From NCBI GenBank assembly GCA_051652765.1, contig JBOFUV010000101.1, positions 39,342 through 103,341 of the forward strand: a DNA stretch of 64,000 nucleotides, read 5' to 3'. Every line of letters starts with the position of its first letter. Within the stretch, counting starts at the first letter, position 1. A model generated the notes under the pieces. It had not been told where the DNA came from and made no database searches. It saw only the letters and a program-made list of their open reading frames with translations. Positions 29,237 to 39,186 of the stretch are shown piece by piece. A program made the translations under genes and the position numbers. This stretch comes from Microcoleaceae cyanobacterium (GTDB lineage Bacteria > Cyanobacteriota > Cyanobacteriia > Cyanobacteriales > Microcoleaceae).

Positions 29237-29980
29237 ATGAACAATCAAGGGCGATCGCCTGTAAAAACCCAATCTTTTTATAAGCACCTAAAATTGGTTG
29301 CATTGGGTCTTGGAGTAGTAGGATTAATTATTGGCGGAAAGGTATTTGGAGTGCAGCAACTTTTAACAAATGCCCTAGATTGGGTTGCTAATTTGGGAGC
29401 TTGGGGGCCATTGGTTTTTATTTTGATTTACATTGTGGCAACGGTTTTGTTCTTACCAGGATCGTTATTAACCTTAGGGGCAGGGGTTTTATTCGGGGTT
29501 GTTCCAGGCTCAATTTATGTCTCTATTGGCTCAGTGATTGGAGCAACTTGTGCGTTTCTAGTGGGTCGTTACCTGGCACGAGGATGGGTGTCAAAGCAGA
29601 TTTCAGAGAATGAAAAATTCAAGGCTATTGATGAAGCAGTGGGTCGTGAAGGCTGGAAAATCGTAGGGCTGACGCGACTGTCTCCCATCTTTCCATTTAA
29701 CCTATTAAACTATTCCTTTGGTCTGACCAATGTCTCTTTGCGAGATTACTTTTTCGCCTCCTGGATTGGCATGATTCCAGGAACTATCATGTATGTTTAC
29801 CTTGGGTCTCTCGCCGGAGAATTAGCTACCTTGGGCACAGAAGGTCGTTCTAGAACGATGGCAGAATGGATCTTGTATGGTGTAGGCTTGCTGGCAACGG
29901 TAGCCGTCACCGTTTATGTGACTAAAATTGCTAAACAAGCCTTAAATCAAAAGATTAGTGAAGAGCAAAGTGAAATTTAG
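29237..29980 (+). CDS. TVP38/TMEM64 (VTT/DedA superfamily) membrane protein
   Basis: LPGSLLTLGAGVLFG and LTRLSPIFPFNLLNY motifs. Confidence 0.9.
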   Translation: MNNQGRSPVKTQSFYKHLKLVALGLGVVGLIIGGKVFGVQQLLTNALDWVANLGAWGPLVFILIYIVATVLFLPGSLLTLGAGVLFGVVPGSIYVSIGSVIGATCAFLVGRYLARGWVSKQISENEKFKAIDEAVGREGWKIVGLTRLSPIFPFNLLNYSFGLTNVSLRDYFFASWIGMIPGTIMYVYLGSLAGELATLGTEGRSRTMAEWILYGVGLLATVAVTVYVTKIAKQALNQKISEEQSEI

Positions 29981-30038
29981 GGAGTTTCACTGCATCTCAA
30001 ACATCATCTAGCAATCTCAAATGATTAGTGAGATATCT

Positions 30039-30158
30039 GTGGTGTAAGTTCCAGCCTGTTCGGGCAAGCTCCCCCTGTCTAAGCCCAAGCCTTTCAGTGT
30101 CGCTGTCACCGACAGGGCAAAGGTTTCAGCCTACGTGGGCAAGATGCCAACTCCACGT
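30039..30158 (+). promoter_or_regulatory. Candidate structured cis-regulatory leader upstream of the FdhF/YdeP gene
   Basis: Repeated motif GTTYCAGCCT-N4-GGGCAAG at 30048-68 and 30123-43, plus several nested or alternative stems. Confidence 0.4.
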
Positions 30159-30259
30159 TCATGCTTCAAATCAGATTGAGCCATCCCAAATCATTGACGA
30201 AGATTTTTTCACAACTGATTTAGGATGGCCATACCTGAAATCATTCAAGGAGACAGTCT

Positions 30260-32572
30260 ATGACTCAGGAGATCGAACCTAAACCGTTATCTACCCAGTC
30301 ATCTAACCCAAATCAAGCCAGCCAAACTTCGGCAATTATGGGTGGGGGCCTGCCGATCATACAATATTGGGCGGAACAGACCCTGTCTCCTGAAGGGCCA
30401 CAACTTTGGCAAAAGTTACTCCACAAAAGTGCTTGTCTATCTTGTGCTTGGGGAACGGGAGGCCAAAACGGGGGATTTACCAACGAAGTCGGAGAAAATT
30501 TGCAGCGTTGCATGAAAAGTGTAGAGGCGATCGCTGCCGAACTTCAACCGCCAATCCCGTCTCCCTTTTTTGAGCGTCACAGCATTACTGAACTGCAACA
30601 GTTGACTTCCCTGGAGGCGGATCGCTTAGGCCGTCTCAGCTTTCCTGTGATTTTGCGGCCCAGGCGATCGCACTATGAGCCGATTGCCTGGGAAGAGATT
30701 TACTCCCTGGCGGAAGCAGCCTTTCGCCAGCCTCCGGAACGGGTCGCATCCTATAGTTCCGGGCGCTCCTCCAATGAAGCAGCCTATCTGTTGCAACTGA
30801 TGATGCGAGCCCAAGGGTCGAACAACTTGGCGGATTGTTCTGATCTGTGTCACGTTGCTTCTACCGTGGGCCTGAAACAAATGTTCGGGTCTGGGACATC
30901 AATGGTCAGTTTGGAAAATCTGAAACAGGCGGACTGTGTGGTGTTGGTTGGTTCTAATGCTCCAGCGAATCATCCCCGGTTAATGAACGAGTTAATCCAA
31001 CTGCGAGAACGGGGGGGCAACGTGATTGTAATTAATCCGGTGATTGAAGCCGGGTTAGTCAAGTTTGCCTCTCCGGCCTTTCCAATGAAGTCGCTGTTCA
31101 CAGGGTCTGAGATTGCATCCCTGTACTTGCAACTGATTCCAGGCAGCGATACGGCTCTGTTTGTCGGCATTCAGAAAGCGTTAATCGAAGCCAATCTCCT
31201 ACAAATTCAATACCTGCAAGCCTATACTGAAGCCTGGGAAGCGGTAGTTGAGTCTGCCCAGTCAACTCCTTGGGCCGTCATTACTGAAACCTGTGGCGTG
31301 TCTCAGGCCGAAATTGAAGCAGCAGCCCGCTTGATTGCAACCGCCAAAGCCGTCGTTTTTGCCTGGGCGATGGGAGTCACCCAACATGAAAACGGGGTAG
31401 ACAACGTTCACGCGATCGCCAATACTGCCCTCCTGACCGGCAATGCCGGGAAAATTGGAGCAGGAACGATGCCCATTCGCGGTCATTCCAACGTCCAAGG
31501 ATTTGGTTCTATGGGGGTGACCGTGACTCTCAGACCGGAAATTCAAACTGCCTTGGAAAAACTGTTGGGGCGATCGCTCAGTTCTGTTCCTGGATATCAT
31601 ACCCGTAATTTGATTGATGCAGCCGATGCCGGTAAGATTGAGACCCTCCTTTGTCTGGGGGGCAACTTGTACGCCGCCAATCCTGACTCTACCCAGGCCA
31701 AGCGAGCCTTAGGTCAAATTGAAACCATTTTTTATCTGGCAACCAAACCGAACTTGGGCCATTTTCATGGGTTGGCAGGGCAGAATACGGTGATTATTCC
31801 AGTTTTGAATCGGTTTGAGACTCCCCACAAAACCACAACAGAATCTGGGAACAATTTTGTCCGCCTGAATAGCGAAGGAAAAACCCATCTGCAAACAGCC
31901 GATCTGATTTCAGAGGTCGAGTTTCTGAGTGAATTGGCCCATCGACTTCAGGGTGAGTCCCCGGTGAATTGGCGCAAACTGCAAGACACGCAATATATTC
32001 GTCAACTGATCGCCCAAACAATTCCAGGGTTTGAACCCTTGGCAAGGATTGATCAAACCCATCAAGAATTTACCATCGGGGGACGGATTTTCACTGAACC
32101 TAAATTTGCGACTCCCTCCGGCAAAGCCAAACTGTTTGTCACGCCCCTGCCAAAATTGCGATTGCCCGACGCTCAAACTTTTCTCAATACTGAACCTAAC
32201 GCTGAACCCAATGCAGAAAGAACATCTGGCATTGTTCTCGCCCTGATGACTGTTCGGAGCTACTCCCAGCACAATACTGTGGTGTACAAAGTAGGCGATC
32301 GCTATCGGGGAATGCCCCATCGTCACTGCATTTTGTTGCATCCTGCGGATGCCGAACGGGCTGGATTTCTAGAACATTCTCAGGTGACCGTTCAGGGAGA
32401 TGCGGGTAAACTCGACAAAATCGAGGTAATCTACGGTTCCGTTCGTCAGGGTGCAGCCTTGATGTTTTATCCAGAAGTGAATGTGATTTTTAAGGCCAGA
32501 ATTGACCCCAAATGCGGTATCCCAGCCTTTAAAAGGGTTCCTGTGCTAGTCTACGCCTGCCCAAAATCCTAA
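30260..32572 (+). CDS. FdhF/YdeP-family molybdopterin oxidoreductase
   Basis: CLSCAW, YSSGRSSNEA, NNLADCSDLCH, PIRGHSNVQG, TVRSYSQHNT; AGGAG RBS. Confidence 0.92.
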   Translation: MTQEIEPKPLSTQSSNPNQASQTSAIMGGGLPIIQYWAEQTLSPEGPQLWQKLLHKSACLSCAWGTGGQNGGFTNEVGENLQRCMKSVEAIAAELQPPIPSPFFERHSITELQQLTSLEADRLGRLSFPVILRPRRSHYEPIAWEEIYSLAEAAFRQPPERVASYSSGRSSNEAAYLLQLMMRAQGSNNLADCSDLCHVASTVGLKQMFGSGTSMVSLENLKQADCVVLVGSNAPANHPRLMNELIQLRERGGNVIVINPVIEAGLVKFASPAFPMKSLFTGSEIASLYLQLIPGSDTALFVGIQKALIEANLLQIQYLQAYTEAWEAVVESAQSTPWAVITETCGVSQAEIEAAARLIATAKAVVFAWAMGVTQHENGVDNVHAIANTALLTGNAGKIGAGTMPIRGHSNVQGFGSMGVTVTLRPEIQTALEKLLGRSLSSVPGYHTRNLIDAADAGKIETLLCLGGNLYAANPDSTQAKRALGQIETIFYLATKPNLGHFHGLAGQNTVIIPVLNRFETPHKTTTESGNNFVRLNSEGKTHLQTADLISEVEFLSELAHRLQGESPVNWRKLQDTQYIRQLIAQTIPGFEPLARIDQTHQEFTIGGRIFTEPKFATPSGKAKLFVTPLPKLRLPDAQTFLNTEPNAEPNAERTSGIVLALMTVRSYSQHNTVVYKVGDRYRGMPHRHCILLHPADAERAGFLEHSQVTVQGDAGKLDKIEVIYGSVRQGAALMFYPEVNVIFKARIDPKCGIPAFKRVPVLVYACPKS

Positions 32573-32641
32573 GGTAAGGTTTTGTCTTGACGATTCAGTC
32601 CTAATAGGCAAACTAAATAAGCAAACTAAATAAGCAAAACC

Positions 32642-34240
32642 TTAGCGTTGGCAAAACTTGCGGTGTTGGGTCACTTCGGGATCGAGCCAGTCATAGGAAT
32701 AATGGCTAACGGATCGGATCTGTGGAGTCGTTGCCCGAATCGCTTGCATTTGACTTTCGAGGGAGGGGTGGTTGTCGAAGGCTCTGCCCCAGGTTCCCGC
32801 TAACGCCGGAATCACTTGGGTGTCGCCCTGGGCTTGACTGACCACCTTTTGTACTTGGGAAACAATGCAACTGGTATCCCCACAAACCCCATAGGCCATA
32901 GGATGCCACTCAATTGAACTGGGAAAAAGTGACCAAGGTTGGAGGCGAGAATCAAATCCCTGCTCTCGAATTCGCCGATTGCCCTCAGGGAAAAAGACTG
33001 CCCCCGCCGGGATTCCCTGGCTTTGAACGGTTCGGCTGGCACTGCCTAGAAAGTCTAGAACTCCCTGTTGGGCATGGGCAACACTCAAGCGCCACAGTTG
33101 TAACTGCAACGTTTCCCCGATGGGAGAAATCGTGCTCAAAGGTTTCAGAACCTTCTCATCTTGCCAGAAGGGAGCCTTTTGATTTGGGTAGAGGGATTCC
33201 ACTTGTTTGACATCGTTTTCCGTCACAAAGCCCTGATTTAAGAAACGCCGAATGAATTCCTTGCCCCTATCATTGGTGGCCCGCTGTAAAAATACCTGCT
33301 GGGAAGCATCTCCATAAATCCATAGATCTTTCACTCGGGTTGCGACCGATTCTGATCCTAATCCTTTGGGGTAACGCACATAGTCAAACAACACACCACT
33401 GGGTCGCTTTTGCAGAATAGCCTTGAGCAAGGTTTGATAGTCCTGTTGGCCGACGGGGTTGTAGGGATCAACGAAACCTTGATTCACATAGCTTTCCCCA
33501 AAGTCATCCACCTCGGTTTCATCAAAGGTTGCCGTTGTGGTCGTTTCCCCGTCGCCGTTACGAGCCAAGACTTGCTGCCGATCCGGTCGTAAGGTATAGG
33601 TATACCCAAAGTTCAGCATAAACATCCAGGCATACACTTTCAAGCCTCGCTGTCGTCCTTTCTGGATTGTTTCTGCCAATAGATCAAGATTTTCGGTTCC
33701 CGGCGATCGCAGCACTGAGGGCCAAGGAGTTGGGTTATTGGCCTTAGGCAACAAAACCTGGCCATCGTAAAAGACTTCAAGGTAAACCTGGTTATATCCT
33801 CGGTTGATGATATCGTCGAGAATCTTGTCAATCGCACCAGGGTGAACATCACAGGGGTAAAGTCGCAACCAAATCGCTTGATTTTGGGGCCAATTCTGTT
33901 GGCGGCACTGAGAGACAAATTGGGCCTGTTGAGTTAGTACCGTTTGATACTGCTGCTGAGCCCTAGTATCGCCCTGAATCATGGCTTGGCGTAGACTTTC
34001 TTTCTGGGCTACTGCTGCTGATGCCAGTTGGCAATTGGCTGAAGTCTGAGATCGGGCAGGTTGACTCCAACCCACAGGGGAAAACAAAGTCACAAGCAAC
34101 ACGGCAACAGAACGACAAAGCCATTTATCCCCGTTGCTGACGGTTTTGTTGGAGACTAGGAGCCGATAGATCATTGAAAACTGAATTAAAAACCGCACTG
34201 AAAGATTAGGCATTCCCATAACACTAAAAATTGAAGTCAC
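32642..34240 (-). CDS. Glycoside hydrolase-like GHL10 (DUF187) family protein
   Basis: AIWLRLYPCD, GYNQVYLEVF, GLKVYAW, GVLFDYVRYP, HPMAYG motifs. The true start is probably downstream (about 34174). Confidence 0.75.
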   Translation of the reverse strand: MTSIFSVMGMPNLSVRFLIQFSMIYRLLVSNKTVSNGDKWLCRSVAVLLVTLFSPVGWSQPARSQTSANCQLASAAVAQKESLRQAMIQGDTRAQQQYQTVLTQQAQFVSQCRQQNWPQNQAIWLRLYPCDVHPGAIDKILDDIINRGYNQVYLEVFYDGQVLLPKANNPTPWPSVLRSPGTENLDLLAETIQKGRQRGLKVYAWMFMLNFGYTYTLRPDRQQVLARNGDGETTTTATFDETEVDDFGESYVNQGFVDPYNPVGQQDYQTLLKAILQKRPSGVLFDYVRYPKGLGSESVATRVKDLWIYGDASQQVFLQRATNDRGKEFIRRFLNQGFVTENDVKQVESLYPNQKAPFWQDEKVLKPLSTISPIGETLQLQLWRLSVAHAQQGVLDFLGSASRTVQSQGIPAGAVFFPEGNRRIREQGFDSRLQPWSLFPSSIEWHPMAYGVCGDTSCIVSQVQKVVSQAQGDTQVIPALAGTWGRAFDNHPSLESQMQAIRATTPQIRSVSHYSYDWLDPEVTQHRKFCQR

Positions 34241-34444
34241 TGTAAAGTTCTTCAGCTTTAAATCAGTGACCTCAGCCTGATTATTCAGCCTGATTATAAG
34301 TTATTCTGCTTCAGCGATCAGCGGAACGATTGATCGAGACGTTCTCTTTCTGGTTGAAATTGAGTCTAATTGAAATTGAGTGGGCAGCGCGGGATTAATT
34401 TTGCCTCAGCATCCTTTTGGAATTAGAAAAACTAAAAATCTCTC

Positions 34445-34481
34445 TGAGGAATCTCCCAGGTTTCAGCTAGGAGATTCCTCA
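34445..34481. promoter_or_regulatory. 12-bp perfect inverted repeat upstream of the ferredoxin gene
   Basis: TGAGGAATCTCC ... GGAGATTCCTCA. Confidence 0.5.
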
Positions 34482-34518
34482 ACTACACTAAAGAAGTCAT
34501 CCTTAGGAGAACGCTAAC

Positions 34519-34746
34519 GTGTCCCACACCATTGTCACCAACGCCTGCGAAGGGGTTGCTGATTGTGTTTCTGCCTGTCCAGTAGCTTGCATTCATGAAG
34601 GCCCCAGTAAAAATACCAAGGGGACAGATTGGTACTGGATTGATTTTGATACCTGTATTGACTGTGGGATTTGTTTGCAAGTTTGCCCAGTAGCAGGAGC
34701 TATTGTCCCTGAAGAACGTCCCGAATTGCAGCAAACCCCCCAATAA
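34519..34746 (+). CDS. Bacterial-type dicluster ferredoxin ([3Fe-4S]/[4Fe-4S], Ssr3184-like)
   Basis: CEGVADCVSACP and CIDCGICLQVCP; AGGAG RBS before GTG. Confidence 0.9.
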   Translation: MSHTIVTNACEGVADCVSACPVACIHEGPSKNTKGTDWYWIDFDTCIDCGICLQVCPVAGAIVPEERPELQQTPQ

Positions 34747-34795
34747 ACCTTGACTAACTTGACTCAGTTGTTAGGAATTGATTTATTGTCCAGAC

Positions 34796-34821
34796 AGAGA
34801 CATTCTACAGAATGTCTCTAC
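34796..34821. repeat. Short palindromic intergenic repeat (GTAGAGACG...GTCTCTAC-type)
   Basis: AGAGACATTCT-AC-AGAATGTCTCT. Confidence 0.55.
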
Positions 34822-34947
34822 TTATTTTGACAGGTTATTTTAGTGGGTTCAGAAGATAAGATAAAACAGTTTCCCTAGGTATAAGGTGACAGTATGGCTT
34901 GATAGGTTGGATGATGGGAATAAATTGGATTGCAATAACATCAAGGC

Positions 34948-35772
34948 ATGGATAACTTCTGGCATCATATCTTAAGTTTTGCGGAGACTACCGCAAACCG
35001 TGTCGGTCTGCGGCTCATGGAAGACTTTGGCTCGGGTCAGGCCGATCAAAAAGGGGACGGAAGTTTAATCACTCGCTCAGATCGCTGGGCTGATCAAGAA
35101 ATCCATCGGGCGATCGCGGCAACTTTTCCGAGTCACGGGATTCTGAGTGAGGAAGGGGAACATTTGTTTCCGCCCCGGGAATGGTGTTGGATCATCGACC
35201 CGATTGATGGTACAACCAACTTTGCTTTTGGCATCCCGATTTGGGGAATTTCCCTGGGGTTACTGTACTGTGGCACGCCGATTTTTGGCTATGTGCATTT
35301 GCCGCCGCTGCATCAATCCTTTCATGGATTCTGGTATGGGGCTTCTGGTTTGACTGGCCCCACGGGTGCCTTTCGGAACCATCAACCGATTCATCCCGTG
35401 ACCGATGCCTCCGAATCCCAGCGGTTCTTCAATCTTTGTGCTCGCAGTACTGCCGTGATTCCCCAAATTCCCTACAAAATCCGCATGGTTGGCATGGCAG
35501 CCTACAACTTTTTGCTTGTAGCTTCGGGTGTGTCCATTGCTGGAACCGAGGCAACCCCCAGGGTTTGGGATATTGCTGCGACCTGGGTGATTGTGCAAGC
35601 GGCTGGAGCTGTTTGGGTTTCCTTAGGTTCAGAGGCTAGTTTTCCCCTAAAAGTTGGAAAAGATTACAGCACTCAGTCCTATCCCACCCTAGTGACCAAC
35701 CGGGTGGAGATAGTTTCAGTTCTCAAACCGTTGATTCAACCACTCCATTCCAGTCAACTTCTCAAAATTTAA
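34948..35772 (+). CDS. Inositol monophosphatase family protein
   Basis: ILSEE, WIIDPIDGTTNF, WDIAA motifs. Confidence 0.92.
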   Translation: MDNFWHHILSFAETTANRVGLRLMEDFGSGQADQKGDGSLITRSDRWADQEIHRAIAATFPSHGILSEEGEHLFPPREWCWIIDPIDGTTNFAFGIPIWGISLGLLYCGTPIFGYVHLPPLHQSFHGFWYGASGLTGPTGAFRNHQPIHPVTDASESQRFFNLCARSTAVIPQIPYKIRMVGMAAYNFLLVASGVSIAGTEATPRVWDIAATWVIVQAAGAVWVSLGSEASFPLKVGKDYSTQSYPTLVTNRVEIVSVLKPLIQPLHSSQLLKI

Positions 35773-35831
35773 CTTCTCAAAATTTAACCTCTCAGAATTC
35801 AAGCTCTCAGAATTCAACCTCGCAAAAAGTA

Positions 35832-37019
35832 TTAAGCTTTTTCTACTGCGGTAAACTTGATTTTGAGGTAATCTTCTTCCATTTTTGCTCCCGAAGGTTG
35901 CAGGGCGGCTAACGCTTGAGGCAAGACTAAATTCCGTCGATGGTTCCCAATGCGAATATTCAGTTCATCTCCCGTTTTATTGAGTTGGATTTGTTCTTTA
36001 GGAATTCCCGGTAGGTAGAGTTCCAAGCTGTAGTGACCGTCTCCTTGCACAATTCTTACTGTATTTTCCTTATAGTAAACCTGAGTTGGATCTTCATCTT
36101 GATAAAGGGTTTCTTTCAGTCGTTCTAGAGCTGCCAACCCACACATTTCTTCGGAATAAAGCGGGACTTCTTTCACGGGTAAAGGGCTAAAGTTGTCGTG
36201 AATTTCTTGACGATACTGTTGTTGGCTGGCTTTCCAGCGTTGGAAGAAGGGATCGGTTACACTGTCAGGAATAATTCGGTTGGCAATCACTAAATCCGTG
36301 GCCACATTGTATAAGCTCAGATAAGCATGGGCCCGTAAAGATTCCTTGATCACCATTTTTTCGGGGTTTGTGACCAACCGCACTGAAGTTTGGGTATTAT
36401 CGGTCAGCACTTTCTCTAAGGCTTCAATTTGTTCGTAGAACTCGTAGGGAGCATCCATCACTTCCTTATCTGGCAATGAAAATCCAACCAGGGGCCTGAA
36501 GATTGGTTCCACAAAGGGTCTTAAGGCCGCAGACATTCCCTGTAAAGGTTTGTAAAATTTTCTCATATACCATCCTCCCACTTCTGGCAGACTGAGGAGG
36601 CGAAGAGCCGTTCCTGTAGGAGCAGAGTCAATAATCAGCACCTCGAAGTCACCTTCGTCATAGTGGCGCTTCATCCGCACTAAACCAAAAATTTCGTCCA
36701 TTCCTGGCAGGATTGCGAGTTCCTCGGCCTGAACTCCATCTAACCCTCTTGCTTGTAAAACTTGGGTGATGTAGCGTTTGACGGCTCCCCAGTTGCCCTC
36801 TAATTCCATCAGAGCATCCAGTTCTGCTCCCCAAAGATTCTCCTTGACGCTGCGAGGTTCATGACCCAACTCCAGATCAAAGCTATCAGCCAGGGAATGG
36901 GCTGGATCAGTGCTAAGAACTAGAGTTCTGTAGCCGAGTTCTGCACATCGCAAGCCTGTTGCCGCAGCCACAGAGGTTTTACCAACTCCGCCCTTCCCTG
37001 TCATCAAAATCACGCGCAT
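35832..37019 (-). CDS. TRC40/GET3/ArsA-family ATPase with C-terminal HSP20-like domain
   Basis: [22 protein letters not shown]; single NBD with a beta-sandwich tail. Confidence 0.92.
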   Translation of the reverse strand: MRVILMTGKGGVGKTSVAAATGLRCAELGYRTLVLSTDPAHSLADSFDLELGHEPRSVKENLWGAELDALMELEGNWGAVKRYITQVLQARGLDGVQAEELAILPGMDEIFGLVRMKRHYDEGDFEVLIIDSAPTGTALRLLSLPEVGGWYMRKFYKPLQGMSAALRPFVEPIFRPLVGFSLPDKEVMDAPYEFYEQIEALEKVLTDNTQTSVRLVTNPEKMVIKESLRAHAYLSLYNVATDLVIANRIIPDSVTDPFFQRWKASQQQYRQEIHDNFSPLPVKEVPLYSEEMCGLAALERLKETLYQDEDPTQVYYKENTVRIVQGDGHYSLELYLPGIPKEQIQLNKTGDELNIRIGNHRRNLVLPQALAALQPSGAKMEEDYLKIKFTAVEKA

Positions 37020-37195
37020 CTTGTCAAGCCCCGCTTAAAACTTGTTCACATTACTTTAATCTAGTTAATCTAGATTTTAATCTAGTTTAGCTTAGTCGTC
37101 TGTCAGCGTGATTTTGACAGATCAGGTTAACATGCGGTTACCTCATGCTTCAGCAAAGATTTGAAGGTTCAAGCACCCATCAAAGTCGGCAAGCA

Positions 37196-37582
37196 CTAGG
37201 ATGGTTTTCCGCCAAACAGTTGCTTTACAACATCCAATCGAGAACAGTTCCAGTAGTCGATGTGGCTGATAATTAAATCTTCAGCGTTGAATTGGAGTTC
37301 ACTCCGACCAGGGATTGAAACTCTGGGTCGCCACGGGAGAGGAACGGTCCAACTGAGTGTCCACTGGGTGTGAATGACTTCTGCCTGTTGAAAAATCTCA
37401 TGGAGATCTAGTTGAATATCCAGAAACCAAGAGCGAATAAAATTGACCATGGTTTGATACCGTTCTAGACCGCTAAATTCGTTTAAAGGATCTTTAAAAT
37501 AAACATTGGGTGCGTAGATACTGTAGGTTTGATCTTCTGGAAATCGTTGATAGTCGGCTTTGAGAATATCAATTAGATTCAT
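37196..37582 (-). CDS. DUF2358 (SnoaL/NTF2-like) protein
   Basis: YSIYAPNVYFKDP, LPWRP, SHIDYW motifs. Confidence 0.82.
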   Translation of the reverse strand: MNLIDILKADYQRFPEDQTYSIYAPNVYFKDPLNEFSGLERYQTMVNFIRSWFLDIQLDLHEIFQQAEVIHTQWTLSWTVPLPWRPRVSIPGRSELQFNAEDLIISHIDYWNCSRLDVVKQLFGGKPS

Positions 37583-37716
37583 CAATCTCAATCAAGATTT
37601 AACTCCAGCAGCATAACAGTTTGCTAAATAGAAGCTCAAGAGGGGTTAAGAGATTTTGTCCGCGCAGGCTAGAGGCTTGAACCACAGATATCTCATGAAC
37701 CATTTGGGATTGCGAT

Positions 37717-38340
37717 TCACTGACCCGAGTTCTGCAAAATCAAATTAATTGTTTCCTGTTTCACCCAACCTTTGTGGACAGCAATTTCTCCAAATCTCAA
37801 TCCAGATTGGTGTTGAAATTCTAGAATCAAATCAATTTGATGGGTTTTTAGTAGATTTGCTCGCCTCAAACATTGACCCAGAGGAAGCTTTAGATGATTT
37901 TGAAGATGTAACTCCTCTGCAAAAAAATCAATTGTTTCCTGAGATAACCATCCATGATTTGCAATAATCATACCCAACTTTTGGGGAGGATCTTGAGACT
38001 GTTGGATTTTCAGGGCAGTTGCAACTTGAGCTTCTGAAAGTAATCCTGCCGTTTTCAGGATGTTGCCAATCGGAGGTCGAGGCAGTAGATCTTGAGGTAA
38101 GTCTGAAAACTTAGAATGTTGAGCAACTTGAGTCTCACCTGAGGAAAATTTTGCTGAACGGTTTAGAACTAACTCCAGCAGAGATGATGGAACAGAAACT
38201 GGCCAAATTGCTGCAGCGCCTAACAAAACAATCCAAGACGTTCGATCGAAATTGGAGGTCGTAGAATCTTGCAAAAGCAGCTTGAACCAGTAGCCAAAAG
38301 CAGTAAAGACACCAATAGCGTAGAGGAAAAACAATTTCAT
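37717..38340 (-). CDS. Membrane protein with MshEN-like repeats
   Basis: Two N-terminal hydrophobic helices; IGNILKTAGLL...ALKIQ, KLGMII..HGW, LGQCLRRANLL...ILEFQ, RFGEIAVHKGW. Confidence 0.65.
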   Translation of the reverse strand: MKLFFLYAIGVFTAFGYWFKLLLQDSTTSNFDRTSWIVLLGAAAIWPVSVPSSLLELVLNRSAKFSSGETQVAQHSKFSDLPQDLLPRPPIGNILKTAGLLSEAQVATALKIQQSQDPPQKLGMIIANHGWLSQETIDFFAEELHLQNHLKLPLGQCLRRANLLKTHQIDLILEFQHQSGLRFGEIAVHKGWVKQETINLILQNSGQ

Positions 38341-39186
38341 GTGACTGGAACTTAACTAGACTAAGTCTAGATACGACAAAAACCTTAGCTTTCCGGAGCT
38401 TTTGAGGAACTAGCCCCAGAATTGATGCTGCCCTGCCCTGCAATTTCAGCGATTACGGTGTTGCTGAATCTGGATATGAATTTTGTCAGAACGGTGCGCG
38501 ATTCCCCTAAAATACTTGACACTAAAATAATCCGTTCATGCCACACTTCAGCAACGCCTGATTATCAACGTTCATCAACCAAGTTTAAGCTCTGTTGACT
38601 TGTGCAAAAATTCAGGCAGAAGTCAACCCATGTCATTCTCAATCAGTCATAGAAAAAGTAGCATAGAGCCTGAGGATTAAAGTTCCAAATTAGGGGTAAC
38701 ACCTCTCTATCCTACTTTCACGACTTACTTAAAGCTACGACACAAAAACCCACAACCATCCTACAAAAATGAACGAAATCACTAAAGCCCATCCCTAAAA
38801 AAGGGTAGGCATCCAAATTTCCGTCCATCTAAGTTCAGAATAAATAATGCACCTGACTACTACATATAGAAAGACATCTTGTGTAACCCATCGCATGGCC
38901 ACCTCAATCATTCTTTCTTACACTTTTCTTGTGCTTCTCAAAACCACCCTAACGTTAACCCTGAGAAACGTTAACCCTGAAATCGGTGTAGGCTCTCACT
39001 CTTAAACGAATTTACCCAATCTTAACAAGCTCTATATCTAACTATAGCCTCAAGGCTGATTCTAAACAACAGGCTTTGTCCTGCATTTTTGACTCAGGGT
39101 GCAGATCTTAAGGCTCTGGTTCTGTCTAAGCTGACTCCTTGCTCTATTCCGAACCAGAAGCGATACGGGTTAGGCGAGATCGAAGG

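Noticed and set aside
30028..30282. 84-aa ORF overlapping the FdhF/YdeP start
   Set aside because: No RBS or recognisable domain, and it coincides with the structured leader. Not called as a CDS, though a leader peptide cannot be excluded.
35832..37019. ArsA as part of an arsenic-resistance island with arsS
   Set aside because: Single-NBD GET3-like type with an HSP20-like tail, widespread in phototrophs; no arsB, arsC, arsD or arsR nearby, and about 6.6 kb from arsS.
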